Shown here piece after piece: positions 46,946 through 57,745 of a stretch of 64,000 nt of DNA. The notes beneath the pieces were generated by a model. The model was not told the DNA's origin, ran no database searches, and worked only from the letters and a program-made list of their open reading frames with translations. The first letter of the stretch is position 1; each line of letters starts with the position of its first letter. The DNA is from Roseburia sp. (GTDB lineage Bacteria > Bacillota > Clostridia > Lachnospirales > Lachnospiraceae), in the NCBI GenBank assembly GCA_045531555.1, contig JAZSEF010000027.1, positions 20,946 through 84,945 of the forward strand, written 5' to 3'. The position numbers and the translations under genes are program-made.

Positions 46946-48319
46946 TTAGAATCCTCCACGTCCACCTAATAAGTCAAACAATCCGTTACTGTCTGCATTA
47001 ATCACACGGACTTTCTGACCTTCTGTTAAGGAATCTGATTGAATCTCTGTATAATAATTACTCTCTAATACTACTGTTACAGGTACTTTTGTAGTTGTTC
47101 CATCTTCTTCCATTACCTCAACATAGGTATTACCCTGTTCATCTTCCTGTACTGCATTGTATGGAACTGTCAATGCATTCTCATGTTTCTCGATGATAAT
47201 GCTTAACGATGCTGACATATCTAAACGCAATCTGTCATTTGGTGTATCCACAGAAATACGCACTAAATAGGTTACATCACCGCCTGTCAAACTGGTTGCT
47301 GCTGTCGGAGATACAAATACAACTGTTCCTTCTAACTCTGTATCCCCTGTTGCGTCTGTTTTAATCAATACCTTCTGACCCTTAGCAATATCACTGATAT
47401 CATATTCGCCAATATATGCTGCTACTTCAAAAGAAGAACAATCCTGAATAGTAATGATTGGAGACCCCTGCATATAACTGTCACCTTTATCAAAGTTCAC
47501 GGCTGTTACGATACCACTTAACGGTGCTGTTACAATACCCTCTGCTAACTGGTCTTCATAGAGTTCTACCTGGTTTTTCTGCGCTGTAGTGTCTAAATTA
47601 ATTGTAGTTTTGGTATAGGTATTTTTCGCACTTTCAATACTGCTTTCTTTCGCTTTTACTGCTTCTTCATATGTTTCCACTGCTGCCTCGTATATAGGTT
47701 TAAGTGCTTCTAATTTGGTCTCAAGTTCTGCCTTCTTTACTTTCTGTTCTACCTCACTTAATTTACCAAAATATACTTTGAAATTGTATAAAGCATCTGC
47801 TACTTTCGTATACTCAGAATTCTCTACTGCATCTTTTGCCTTTTCAATCTGCTTATCAAGATTCTCAAGTGTTTTATCTAAATTCTTCTTCGCTTCTTCT
47901 TTTGTAATACTGTTAACTGTAGAAGAATTATTCAGATTTTTCTTTGCATTGCTAAGACTTTCCTCGATATCTGTGGTATCAAAATACAACAGCTCCTGTC
48001 CTTCTGTTACCGTATCACCGATTTCCACCAGCACATCCTTTACTTTCACACCGGAAATTGCCGCTGTAATACTCTTAGATTCGATACTTGTAATCGTACC
48101 TGTCGCACCAACACTCTTTATCAAAGAACGGGTAGACACTTCACCTGTCTGCATGTTAGCCGCTAGCTCTTCCATCGCCGCTTTTGCTTTGTTCACACTA
48201 TTAACAACTCCCACACCTAAAACTGCCACGATTGCCAACACAACAATCAGTACAATTCTTTTCTTTTTACTTTTTTCTCTTTTTTTCAGGGTTTTCATTA
48301 CGTCTGCTTCGTTTCCCAT
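46946..48319 (-). CDS. Efflux periplasmic adaptor / membrane-fusion protein (MacA/HlyD-like)
   Basis: N-terminal TM, lipoyl halves (VEIGDTVTEGQ; TAPLSGIVT), coiled coil; operon with the MacB pair. Confidence 0.9.
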   Translation of the reverse strand: MGNEADVMKTLKKREKSKKKRIVLIVVLAIVAVLGVGVVNSVNKAKAAMEELAANMQTGEVSTRSLIKSVGATGTITSIESKSITAAISGVKVKDVLVEIGDTVTEGQELLYFDTTDIEESLSNAKKNLNNSSTVNSITKEEAKKNLDKTLENLDKQIEKAKDAVENSEYTKVADALYNFKVYFGKLSEVEQKVKKAELETKLEALKPIYEAAVETYEEAVKAKESSIESAKNTYTKTTINLDTTAQKNQVELYEDQLAEGIVTAPLSGIVTAVNFDKGDSYMQGSPIITIQDCSSFEVAAYIGEYDISDIAKGQKVLIKTDATGDTELEGTVVFVSPTAATSLTGGDVTYLVRISVDTPNDRLRLDMSASLSIIIEKHENALTVPYNAVQEDEQGNTYVEVMEEDGTTTKVPVTVVLESNYYTEIQSDSLTEGQKVRVINADSNGLFDLLGGRGGF

Positions 48320-48550
48320 CGTCATTCTCCTTCTGTAATTATTCCATTTCTTCATAATTACTTCTTTACATTTTTTTCCTTATCTATTGTATCACATATA
48401 TAGAAAAAAAAATGCAAAACTTCACATAAAAATATTAAATTTATATAAATTAAATTACACATAATTTAGATTTGAGTCTTTTTTAAAAACCTCCTGTGAG
48501 TTCAAAAAAATGAGGGCATCCTTACGGATACCCTCACTGTATCATAGTGA

Positions 48551-50812
48551 TTATTCAACTAAATCAAATGCGTTTAACTTCTTATTTAATGCTTTCAATG
48601 CACTTTCAGGAACCTGTCCCTGCATTGTCATCATCATTTCAACCTGGAAGTTTTCCATCATGCCCCACATTGGCATATCCGGACCAAGTCTGCCACCTGT
48701 CATTTCTGAGAAGAATGCCCAAGCTTCTTCGTTCTTATAAATCTGACCGATTGTAGATTTAATGCTTAATTTTCCTTCTGGGAATTCCATTGGAGACTCA
48801 TCTAAATCTACATCACCTACTGCCGTAAACCAGTTAGCTGCTCCGCCTTCGCCTTCATCCTGTCCTGGAAGAACATAGATTTCTGGTTCAACTTCTACTT
48901 TTTCAAGAGTCATTGTATCTTTTACATCGCCAGCTACTGCTAAGAAGATGTTCTCGCCATCTTTCATAGCTACTGTAAATCTTGCGATATGATCAACTGG
49001 AGCTGCTTCGCCTACTTTTTCACCATTCATGTAGAGTTCTACTAATTCCTGGTTTGTGTAAACTTTGATTTCTCTCTCTTCACCTGCACGCTGTACATAA
49101 CGTTTGCCGCAAAGGTGTACCATTGGTTCTGGATTCCAGTATGCTTTGTAGATATAGTAGCTGTCTTTCTTAGTCTTTCTATCCATTGTAACAAGACCCT
49201 TATTGTTACGTCCTGCTACGCCACCTTCATCACGAGCTGCACAACCGAAGTCGAACATATTCCATACGTGGCTTGACCAAATCCATGGTCTCTCATCAAG
49301 AACTTTTGCCATATGTTCATGGTACATTGCCTGATAATCTTCACTGTAGTCTTTACATTTTGGTTCTGGACCATGATATGTCATGATACCTTCACAGCCG
49401 TATTCAGATACACCGAGGCAGATTGTAGGATGTTTCTCATGGAAGTTATCAAGCCATGGACCGTTGTCTTCCATCTTGCCGCCGTACCATCCAAAGTAAT
49501 GGTTGTAGCTTTCTGTATCTGTAATGTAATGCATTGGTCCATCTACTGGTGTAAATGAAACGTGTGCAATTGTTGTAAGACGTGTTGGGTCTAATTCTTT
49601 TGCTAATGCGTTTAATTCTTTGTGGTTTTCTACTAACTGTTCAGAGATACCACCGATTAAGATTTCGTTTGAAACACCCCAGAACATGATAGATGGATGG
49701 TTGTAGTTCTGGATAATCAACTCTTTCATCTGTTCGATACAGTTCTGATGAGCTGCTGGGTTTTTGCTCATAACTGAGATGAATGGAATTTCAGCCCAGA
49801 TAGCGAAACCTAATTCGTCACATGCATCATAAAAATCCTGTGAATGCTGATAGTGAGCAAGACGGATTGTGTTAGCACCTAATTCTTTGATGATGTAAGC
49901 ATCATCATAATGATCTTCTTTTGTAAGAGCATTACCTGTATACATGATATCCTGATGACGTGATACACCACGGAGTGGAGTTGGTACGCCATTAATGCTG
50001 AAACCTGTCTGAGGATCACATGCGAAGCTTCTTACACCTACACGTACTTCTAAATCATCGTATGTCTCGTTTCTTCTCTGAAGTTCTGCTACTACTGTGT
50101 AGAGGTATGGATTCTCAAAATCCCAGAGATTTGCATCTGGAACAAAAATTGTTGTCTTTGTAGCGTCTGCTGGACGAACTGCATAACCAACTTCTTCACC
50201 ATCTTCATCAAAAATGCTGTACTGAACTGTGAAGTTCTCATCTGCATTTTTAACCCATGATTCGATTTCAAATGTAGCTCCGCCGCATTCTGTTGGCTTT
50301 GGAGTAACCATGATACCAGGACCACCGTAGTACTCTAAGTCAAAGTGTGCATTTGGAACGCTGATTAAGTTCACACCACGATATAAACCGCCATAGAATG
50401 TGAAGTCAGCATGCTGTGGATATACAAAATCGTTTGCTGCATTGTTACATTCAACAACTAAAAGGTTCTCGCCTTCTTCTTTGCAGTAATCTGTGATATC
50501 TGCACGGAAAATAGAATAACCACCTTCATGGTATGTAACTTTCTGTCCGTTTACATATACAGTTGCTTCTGAGTTAGCTGCAAGAATTTCTACGAATGTA
50601 CGTCCGCCTGCTAATGGCTGCTTTGGTGTCTCAAAAGACTTTGCATACCAATACTTACCACGATCATAAGCACCATTTCCATCATTGCCATCCACTGCAT
50701 TCCATGTGTGTGGAAGGTTAACAGACTGCCAATCCTGTGGTAAAACTTCTGGAAGTCCAGCATCTTTCTGGATAAACTTCCAATCCTGATTAAGATTGAT
50801 AATATTACGCAT
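48551..50812 (-). CDS. GH2 glycoside hydrolase, probable beta-glucuronidase (FMN-binding class-like)
   Basis: LRGVSRHQD, GANTIRLAHY, acid/base SNE, YNHYFGWY, nucleophile SEYG, NxKG motif (RNNKG), C-terminal helical extension. Confidence 0.85.
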   Translation of the reverse strand: MRNIINLNQDWKFIQKDAGLPEVLPQDWQSVNLPHTWNAVDGNDGNGAYDRGKYWYAKSFETPKQPLAGGRTFVEILAANSEATVYVNGQKVTYHEGGYSIFRADITDYCKEEGENLLVVECNNAANDFVYPQHADFTFYGGLYRGVNLISVPNAHFDLEYYGGPGIMVTPKPTECGGATFEIESWVKNADENFTVQYSIFDEDGEEVGYAVRPADATKTTIFVPDANLWDFENPYLYTVVAELQRRNETYDDLEVRVGVRSFACDPQTGFSINGVPTPLRGVSRHQDIMYTGNALTKEDHYDDAYIIKELGANTIRLAHYQHSQDFYDACDELGFAIWAEIPFISVMSKNPAAHQNCIEQMKELIIQNYNHPSIMFWGVSNEILIGGISEQLVENHKELNALAKELDPTRLTTIAHVSFTPVDGPMHYITDTESYNHYFGWYGGKMEDNGPWLDNFHEKHPTICLGVSEYGCEGIMTYHGPEPKCKDYSEDYQAMYHEHMAKVLDERPWIWSSHVWNMFDFGCAARDEGGVAGRNNKGLVTMDRKTKKDSYYIYKAYWNPEPMVHLCGKRYVQRAGEEREIKVYTNQELVELYMNGEKVGEAAPVDHIARFTVAMKDGENIFLAVAGDVKDTMTLEKVEVEPEIYVLPGQDEGEGGAANWFTAVGDVDLDESPMEFPEGKLSIKSTIGQIYKNEEAWAFFSEMTGGRLGPDMPMWGMMENFQVEMMMTMQGQVPESALKALNKKLNAFDLVE

Positions 50813-50928
50813 AATTGCCCCCTTATAATTTTTTTACGCTAGTCCTATTGTACCATTAATCACTTTTAATTTCAATGAAATAAATTGAATACGATTAAAA
50901 AATAAATCCATGCTTCAATCGTCCTATT

Positions 50929-52050
50929 TTATTCCCAAATCGGTTCAAAGGAAATATTCATATCTACTTTTTCAGGTACGCCAGCAACCGTACCTTTTTC
51001 GCTATACTGCCATACGGTATATTCGTATGGGAAATACATTTCCGGATTATAGTAAGCGAACCACTTATCATAACTTTCTAATTCTTCTAAGTTAATGCGA
51101 ATTGCAGCCAGTTCCAGGTTCATGTAAATCATCGGTGTATAGCCGGCAGCAGCAATCGTGTCACAGAATGTTTTAATCATCTGTGTTCTCTGTTCCGGTG
51201 TAAGTGAGTCTGCACGTCCTTCATCTCCAGCAATCATTTCCATATCGCACACAACCGGACAATCAATCTGGTATGGTGCAATCTGTTCTAATACAAAATT
51301 CGCTTCTTCAATGGCTTCTGCTTCTGTAACCGCCTGTGAAAAGAAATAAACACCTGCTTTTACGCCTGCTGCATTGGCACCTTTTATATTACGCTCAAAC
51401 GTATCGTCCTGTAATACCGCTCCGCTTCCGTAACCACGATTACCTACACGGATAAAGGCAAAGGATACACCATCTGCTGCCACTGCATTCCAGTCAATTT
51501 TTCCCTGAAAACGAGATACGTCGATTCCTTTATAAGAAGTAACCTGTCCATCTTCTACATACTGATATTCGCCATTCTCCAACACACGTAAATTCTCAGT
51601 AGTATACTTATTCTGTTTTAAGTCATCCCGAATCGGAATAAAGTGATATTTACCATCTGCTGCGATTACTATTTCATCTGTATAAACTGCACGAAATGCC
51701 TCAACTGCAGACATTCCCTCTGCCAGATACTGTTTCATTCCGGCTAAAGCTTCAGCAGATGCCTCTATTTTTGCACTCTGTACTGCTTTCTCTACCAAAC
51801 TATCCAACTCCGCCTGTGAATAATAAATCTCCTGTTCGGTATCCTCCACAGTCCCCATTACATCTTTCGTTGGAAACAAATCCTTAAATGAAAAATCTTT
51901 TTTGAAATAAAGTACTGCTGATACAGCACCGATAATCAGTGCTAATACCAAAACTACAATTAAAATCACAATTGTTCTTTTTTTACGTTCTTTCCGTTCC
52001 TGCTCTAAAATGAAATCTCCATAACTAGGTCTCATCTGTATTTCCTCCAC
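50929..52050 (-). CDS. Membrane-anchored GH25 lysozyme/muramidase
   Basis: GIDVSRFQG, GVYFFSQA, DME (DxE), WQYSEKG, VDMN; N-terminal TM. Confidence 0.92.
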   Translation of the reverse strand: MEEIQMRPSYGDFILEQERKERKKRTIVILIVVLVLALIIGAVSAVLYFKKDFSFKDLFPTKDVMGTVEDTEQEIYYSQAELDSLVEKAVQSAKIEASAEALAGMKQYLAEGMSAVEAFRAVYTDEIVIAADGKYHFIPIRDDLKQNKYTTENLRVLENGEYQYVEDGQVTSYKGIDVSRFQGKIDWNAVAADGVSFAFIRVGNRGYGSGAVLQDDTFERNIKGANAAGVKAGVYFFSQAVTEAEAIEEANFVLEQIAPYQIDCPVVCDMEMIAGDEGRADSLTPEQRTQMIKTFCDTIAAAGYTPMIYMNLELAAIRINLEELESYDKWFAYYNPEMYFPYEYTVWQYSEKGTVAGVPEKVDMNISFEPIWE

Positions 52051-52056
52051 CTTATC

Positions 52057-53502
52057 TTAATAATAATAACAAATAACCGGATATCCCTCATACATATAAT
52101 TATAAATAACTGCCGCACTGTCCAGTGGTAAATTCAGACAGCCATGGGAACCATTTGTCATAAAAATATCTCCGCCAAACTCCCATCTCCAAGTCGCATC
52201 ATGCATTCCGTAATTCCCGTAAAATGGCATCCAGTAATATACAAACTGCTCATAATCAGCTCCTCTAAGAACACGATTTGAGGTTTTATAAGTGATATCA
52301 AATACGCCCGCCGGTGAAACACAGTCCGGTGTTGCATTCATAGCCCCTGAAACAAAGTCCGTTTCAAATACTAATTCTCCTTTATAGTACAAATACAAAT
52401 GCTGGTTACTCAAATCCGCTTCCACGTAAGAACTGCCAATATCATTCATGCCATGCACCGGTGCTTTATTGCTATAAACCGGTTTCGCCTTTGTAACAGC
52501 TCCTTCTTTAATATATGCAATCAATTCCTTTGTCACTGCTGCACGGTCTGTTTTCCACCCGAATCCACCGGTAGGCAGTGTCAGTTCTACGCCCAAAGTA
52601 GTCGTAAACTTTCTGCTTTTACCATAGGTATCATATTTTAAAGCCTGCTCTGCCACAAATGCAGCAATCGCTTCCTCATCAAGAAAAATATTCCCCTCTT
52701 CCCTGATAATCCATGGCTCTATCACACTGCCATCCACTACTACATCAAATGTATTCCAATCGTAAGTAATCTCTGTACCATACCACTTATTCAGCGTTTC
52801 CCAAGTATCAACTAATCCCTTATCCGTGGACAATACGGCCGGAGCAAAATAGCAATTCTGTTCTGTCAAATCCACTTTGTCTGCGCCGCCTTCAATTCCT
52901 GCTCCAATGCATTTTAATGCCTGTTCCACATCTAACTGCGTTCCCAACACCTCCGGAACAATCGTACAGCCACCAATCTCTTCCTTATAGGTACTAATAT
53001 ACGCATCTGCAGGTGCAATCATATTCGCCTCATCAAAAGCAGTAAACTCCATCACGCTTTTTTTCAATTCATTTGCATCAAATGTCACACCCTGTACGAC
53101 AGAAAATCCCTGTTGCTTTTTCGTCATGGTCGCAACCAACCAATTATTTTCCTGCTGTTCGTCCAATAAATCATTCACCGCTGCCAATGCATCTTTCAAC
53201 TCCAAATGAACCTCTTCTGCCGAAATAACTCCCAGTTCCACCTGACTGCCAGCTTCATCCCGTCCTAATACCACCAGTTCATAATCCATTGCATCTGACT
53301 CTAACATGTCTGCCACTGCTGCTGCATCCAGTTCACTACAATCAGCACCATTCACAAACGTATTTGGTAAAAAATGTGTCTTATAATAATTCGCTTTCCA
53401 TATATAAAATACTGCACATAGAATCACTGCACTAACTACTAATACAACAAGCAAAATAACGATTATTTTTTTCCCATTTACTTTTTCTTTTGTCTGTTCC
53501 AT
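52057..53502 (-). CDS. L,D-transpeptidase with peptidoglycan-binding domains
   Basis: GMHDATWR...GSHGCLNL YkuD motif; N-terminal TM. Confidence 0.93.
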   Translation of the reverse strand: MEQTKEKVNGKKIIVILLVVLVVSAVILCAVFYIWKANYYKTHFLPNTFVNGADCSELDAAAVADMLESDAMDYELVVLGRDEAGSQVELGVISAEEVHLELKDALAAVNDLLDEQQENNWLVATMTKKQQGFSVVQGVTFDANELKKSVMEFTAFDEANMIAPADAYISTYKEEIGGCTIVPEVLGTQLDVEQALKCIGAGIEGGADKVDLTEQNCYFAPAVLSTDKGLVDTWETLNKWYGTEITYDWNTFDVVVDGSVIEPWIIREEGNIFLDEEAIAAFVAEQALKYDTYGKSRKFTTTLGVELTLPTGGFGWKTDRAAVTKELIAYIKEGAVTKAKPVYSNKAPVHGMNDIGSSYVEADLSNQHLYLYYKGELVFETDFVSGAMNATPDCVSPAGVFDITYKTSNRVLRGADYEQFVYYWMPFYGNYGMHDATWRWEFGGDIFMTNGSHGCLNLPLDSAAVIYNYMYEGYPVICYYY

Positions 53503-53647
53503 ATTTTTCTATCTCTTTCGTTAAATTTCGACAAAACCCTAATTATAATTATATTATAAAAGTTTCTCTATTTCAACTTTCATAATCTTATGATTTCCTT
53601 AACTTTCCGCCCTTTTTATGTTAAAATAGCACCGGAGGTGTTTCTTT

Positions 53648-54556
53648 ATGAAAATATTTAAAAAAATTCTCAAAGCAATTGGCTTACTATTACTTGTCAT
53701 TATTTCTATCTGGGCCGTTCTTATGTTCTGGAATTATCCACATTATATACGTGAAAAAGAGGCTGTTTCCATGAGCACAGAACCTGCTGATGGGGAAGTC
53801 CGCATCATGAGCTATAATGTGCGCTGTTTAAGCCCACTTGACCTTGCTCAAAAGAACTGGTTCTATCGTGCCGATTTGATTATCGACTGTATTGGTGACC
53901 AAGCACCTAGTGTTATCGGTTTTCAGGAAGTTACAAAATGGCAGTATGATTATCTTTGTGATACGCTTGTCGGTTTTGACTCTGTCATTACATATCGTGA
54001 TGAGGCTTTTAACTCTGAAGGATGTCCTATTTTTTACCGGACTGATTTATATTCTTTCATCGATAAGGGTTCTTTCTGGCTGTCTGAAACACCGGATGTC
54101 ATGAGCAAAGACTGGGGCGCTGCACACTACCGCATCTGCTCTTACGCTATTTTAAAAGATATCGCTACCGAAAAAGAATTTGTGGTATTTAACACACATT
54201 TAGACCATGTCAGTGACGAAGCACGTATCAATGGCATCGGTGTAGTTCTGGATAAGATTGCTGAGTTTGGCGGATTACCTGCTGTATTAATGGGCGATTT
54301 GAACGCTGAAGAATACACCGAAACATATCGCAGTGCTACCGAATTCTTCCTTGATGCAAAATATCAGACAGAAAACACGATGACAAGCTGTACATTCCAG
54401 AAATGGGGAGAAGCATTGGATCGCGACTGTATTGATTACGTTATGGTTTCCCTCGATGGATTTAGCGTTAATTATTATAAAGTGGTGACCGACACTTACG
54501 ATGGCGTATATACAAGCGACCATTTCCCACTGTCAGTAAGTCTTTCTCTCGAGTAG
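53648..54556 (+). CDS. Endonuclease/exonuclease/phosphatase (EEP) family protein, exported
   Basis: MSYNVR, GFQE, NTHLD, GDLN, IDY, SDHFP; N-terminal TM. Confidence 0.92.
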   Translation: MKIFKKILKAIGLLLLVIISIWAVLMFWNYPHYIREKEAVSMSTEPADGEVRIMSYNVRCLSPLDLAQKNWFYRADLIIDCIGDQAPSVIGFQEVTKWQYDYLCDTLVGFDSVITYRDEAFNSEGCPIFYRTDLYSFIDKGSFWLSETPDVMSKDWGAAHYRICSYAILKDIATEKEFVVFNTHLDHVSDEARINGIGVVLDKIAEFGGLPAVLMGDLNAEEYTETYRSATEFFLDAKYQTENTMTSCTFQKWGEALDRDCIDYVMVSLDGFSVNYYKVVTDTYDGVYTSDHFPLSVSLSLE

Positions 54557-54581
54557 AATTTTATATGGAAAGGATAAATGT

Positions 54582-55922
54582 ATGAAGATTTTAGTTTTAA
54601 ACGGCAGTCCGAAAGGTGCATACAGTATCACCTTACAGACTGTAAATTATCTGGAAAAATTACACCCGGAGCACACTTTTGAAGTACTCCACGTCGGCCA
54701 GCGCATCAAGGCATTAGAAAAAGATTTCTCTCCTGCCCTTACCGCTTTAGCGAATGCTGACCTTCTGCTTTTCTCTTATCCGGTGTACACATTTGTTGCA
54801 CCATGCCAGTTGCACCGTTTCATTGAATTAATGAAGAAATCCGGCGTCTCTTTTGCCGGTAAATATGCGACCCAGATTAGTACATCCAAGCATTTTTATG
54901 ATGTAACTGCACACCGTTATGTACAGGATAACTGTCACGACATGGGCTTAAAATACATCCGCGGTCTCTCCGCCGATATGGATGACTTATTAACCGAAAA
55001 AGGACAAAAAGAAGCACGTGACTTCTTCGACTTCGTATGCTGGTCTGTGGCACAGGACATTTATGAAACTGCTCCTGCCACACATCCTGCACCTGTTTTT
55101 GCACCGGTTAGTGTGCCGGAATCTTCCGGCGATAACAAATCCGGCGATGTAGTCATTGTTACAGACTGCGCACCAAACGATACGCAGCTTGCCGGCATGA
55201 TTGCCCGCTTCCGTGCCGTTTTTCCACATAAAACCCGCATTTTTAATATCCGCGAATACAACCTGATGGGCGGATGTCTCGGCTGCTTTGGCTGTGCCGT
55301 AACCGGAAAATGTGTGTATAAGGATCATTTTGATGAGGTACTGCGCGGTGAAATCCAGACTGCACAGTCCATCGTATATGCTTTTTCCATTAAAGACCAT
55401 TCGATGGGACCGCTGTTTAAAATGTATGACGACCGTAACTTCTGCAACGGCCACCGTACCGTAACCATCGGTATGCCGGTCGGTTATCTTGTAAGCGGTA
55501 ATTATAGTCTTGAAACCAACTTGCAAACCATTATGGAGGCTCGTGCGCAGGTAGGCTGCAATTTCCTTGCAGGTGTTGCAACAGATGAACAGGATACCGA
55601 TGCTTCGATTGACAGAATGGCCGCAACCCTCACTTACGCCCTAGAGCACAGTTATGTTCCGCCACAGAATTTCTACGGCATTGGCGGTATGAAGATTTTC
55701 CGCGACTTAATCTGGCTCATGCAGGGTATGATGAAAGCCGACCACAAATTCTACAAATCGCATAACCAGTATGACTTCCCACAGAAGAACTGGCCGACGA
55801 TGTTGAAAATGTATCTGGTCGGTGTACTCATTGCCAACCCGAAAGTAAAAGCAAAAATGGGCAATGCCATGAATGAAGGAATGATTGCTCCATATAAAAA
55901 AATACTGGATAAGCTAAACTAA
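54582..55922 (+). CDS. Two-domain flavodoxin-like NAD(P)H-dependent oxidoreductase with an Fe-S motif
   Basis: MKILVLNGSPKG, YPVY; second domain CLGCFGC...C. Confidence 0.8.
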   Translation: MKILVLNGSPKGAYSITLQTVNYLEKLHPEHTFEVLHVGQRIKALEKDFSPALTALANADLLLFSYPVYTFVAPCQLHRFIELMKKSGVSFAGKYATQISTSKHFYDVTAHRYVQDNCHDMGLKYIRGLSADMDDLLTEKGQKEARDFFDFVCWSVAQDIYETAPATHPAPVFAPVSVPESSGDNKSGDVVIVTDCAPNDTQLAGMIARFRAVFPHKTRIFNIREYNLMGGCLGCFGCAVTGKCVYKDHFDEVLRGEIQTAQSIVYAFSIKDHSMGPLFKMYDDRNFCNGHRTVTIGMPVGYLVSGNYSLETNLQTIMEARAQVGCNFLAGVATDEQDTDASIDRMAATLTYALEHSYVPPQNFYGIGGMKIFRDLIWLMQGMMKADHKFYKSHNQYDFPQKNWPTMLKMYLVGVLIANPKVKAKMGNAMNEGMIAPYKKILDKLN

Positions 55923-56044
55923 AAGAAACATTTTAAAATCAGACTTTCTTGCTTAATATGATAAATAAAATACGGCTACTTCACACTGCAACTTTGGAAA
56001 GCACATAGTGTAAAGTAGCCGTCATTTATTTTATTCCGTTTTTA

Positions 56045-56188
56045 TTAATCATATAATGGTGTGCCGTGTTTTATTTTTCTTACAATCTTCCATCCCAACC
56101 AGAAAAACATTGACCCAATAATATAAAAAGTTGAGCCTAAACCTACCACACACATAAAAATAATAATAACTAACATTCCAATATTCAT
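56045..56188 (-). CDS. Small membrane protein (47 aa), missing from the ORF track
   Basis: MNIGMLVIIIFMCVVGLGSTFYIIGSMFFWLGWKIVRKIKHGTPLYD; GAAAGG SD. Confidence 0.7.
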   Translation of the reverse strand: MNIGMLVIIIFMCVVGLGSTFYIIGSMFFWLGWKIVRKIKHGTPLYD

Positions 56189-56221
56189 AATATCCACGCC
56201 TTTCTAATTCTCATAACAATT

Positions 56222-56674
56222 TTATACAAGACATGGTACTCTTTTCTTTCCATCAATATCATGAATATATTTTATAAGTGCTACACGATACTTTTTCTCA
56301 TGCAGCCATAAAGTTTCTTCTATCAGGCAGCAGTGCAGTGTAAAACATGCAATACAGACTGCCCAAAGAATAATACCGGCAAACCTCAAATCACGCCGTA
56401 TGCCAACATTTCTGTTCGTAGTCCTTCCAAGAACTGTTCGAATCACAGAATTTATACTCTCTACTATGCACACCTCAGACTGTATATTACTATCTACTCC
56501 CTTTAACTGTGCTATAGATGTCGCATCTGCACTGGCGGCATATATTCGTGCGGCTTCAGTGGAAGCTGCATGTTCCGCAAAATTATCTGCTTTCACATAA
56601 GTTGTATATATTCCTGTCATAAGCAGGATACCTATTAGAAAATAACATAATCTTAGCTGTTTCTTCCGTAACAC
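56222..56674 (-). CDS. Hypothetical membrane protein
   Basis: GTG start after GGAGGG; N-terminal and C-terminal hydrophobic helices; YIHDIDGKK tail. Confidence 0.7.
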   Translation of the reverse strand: MLRKKQLRLCYFLIGILLMTGIYTTYVKADNFAEHAASTEAARIYAASADATSIAQLKGVDSNIQSEVCIVESINSVIRTVLGRTTNRNVGIRRDLRFAGIILWAVCIACFTLHCCLIEETLWLHEKKYRVALIKYIHDIDGKKRVPCLV

Positions 56675-56923
56675 GCAGCTTCCCTCCTTCCTTTAAAATC
56701 CATTTCTGTCCATAATACCTCAATTCCTTTAGAAACACAAATTATTTTTTATTTATTCATAAGAAAAACCAGCTTCACCTCTCCTTTTCATTCGTAATAC
56801 TTATATATCTTATAAAAAATTTTTACATATAATTCTAAAAAAAATATTTTCATATAAAAAAAACTGTGATAAAGTAAATTTGCTAGGATGTTTTATATAT
56901 CGCTACAAAAAGGAGATTTTACA

Positions 56924-57607
56924 ATGAAGAAAATTTATGAAGGAAAGACAAAAGACGTTTACTCACTTGAGAATGGCAATGTAATGTTGAAATTCAAAGA
57001 CGACTGTACAGGAAAAGACGGCGTTTTCGATCCAGGTGAAAATACAGTAGGTTTAACAATCGAAGGTATCGGTAAAGCAAACTTACAGACATCTATTTAC
57101 TATTTCGAGCTTTTAAAAGAAGCTGGCATCAAAACACACTATGTAAGTGCTAACATCGAAGAAGCTACTATGGAAGTTCTTCCAGGTAAAGTTTTCGGTC
57201 ATGGCTTAGAAGTAATCTGCCGTTTAGTTGCTACAGGAAGCTTCATCCGCAGATACGGCGAATATATCGAAAATGGTACTGTTTTAGAAGGCGGCTACGT
57301 TGAATGTACATTCAAAAACGATGCTTTAGGCGATCCACTTGTAACAGGTGAAGGTCTTGCAGCATTAGGCGTTATGTCTCCTGCAATGTTCGAAAGCATG
57401 AAAGAACAGACATTAAAGATCACAAAAATCATCGCTGATGACTTAAAGACACTTGGTCTTGACCTCTGGGATATCAAATTCGAGTTTGGTTACAACAACG
57501 ACGAAGTAATCCTTATCGACGAAATCGCTTCTGGTAACATGCGTGTTTACAAAGATGGCAAAATCGTTGATCCAGTTGAATTAACAAAGATTATTAACAA
57601 TAGATAA
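56924..57607 (+). CDS. purC: Phosphoribosylaminoimidazole-succinocarboxamide (SAICAR) synthase
   Basis: [19 protein letters not shown]...GSF, DP, DIKFEFG, LIDEI; start MKKIYE after AAGGAG. Confidence 0.92.
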   Translation: MKKIYEGKTKDVYSLENGNVMLKFKDDCTGKDGVFDPGENTVGLTIEGIGKANLQTSIYYFELLKEAGIKTHYVSANIEEATMEVLPGKVFGHGLEVICRLVATGSFIRRYGEYIENGTVLEGGYVECTFKNDALGDPLVTGEGLAALGVMSPAMFESMKEQTLKITKIIADDLKTLGLDLWDIKFEFGYNNDEVILIDEIASGNMRVYKDGKIVDPVELTKIINNR

Positions 57608-57638
57608 GCTGTCTCTTTTTTATTTGACGAGCAACGCG

Positions 57639-57670
57639 AGCCCAAGGAATTGTTTACAATTTCTTGGGCT
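57639..57670 (+). terminator. Hairpin downstream of purC
   Basis: AGCCCAAGGAATTG...CAATTTCTTGGGCT. Confidence 0.55.
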
Positions 57671-57745
57671 GCTTATTCGCTATTTAGTATCTTTGACAGA
57701 CACTGCACATCTCTGTAACCATTCTTAAGAAATTCTTTTAATTCT

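Noticed and set aside
47715-48338. Long antisense ORFs (also 54990-55526, 63369-63716 and many shorter ones in the track)
   Set aside because: They lie opposite well-supported genes and are explained by codon bias on the coding strand.
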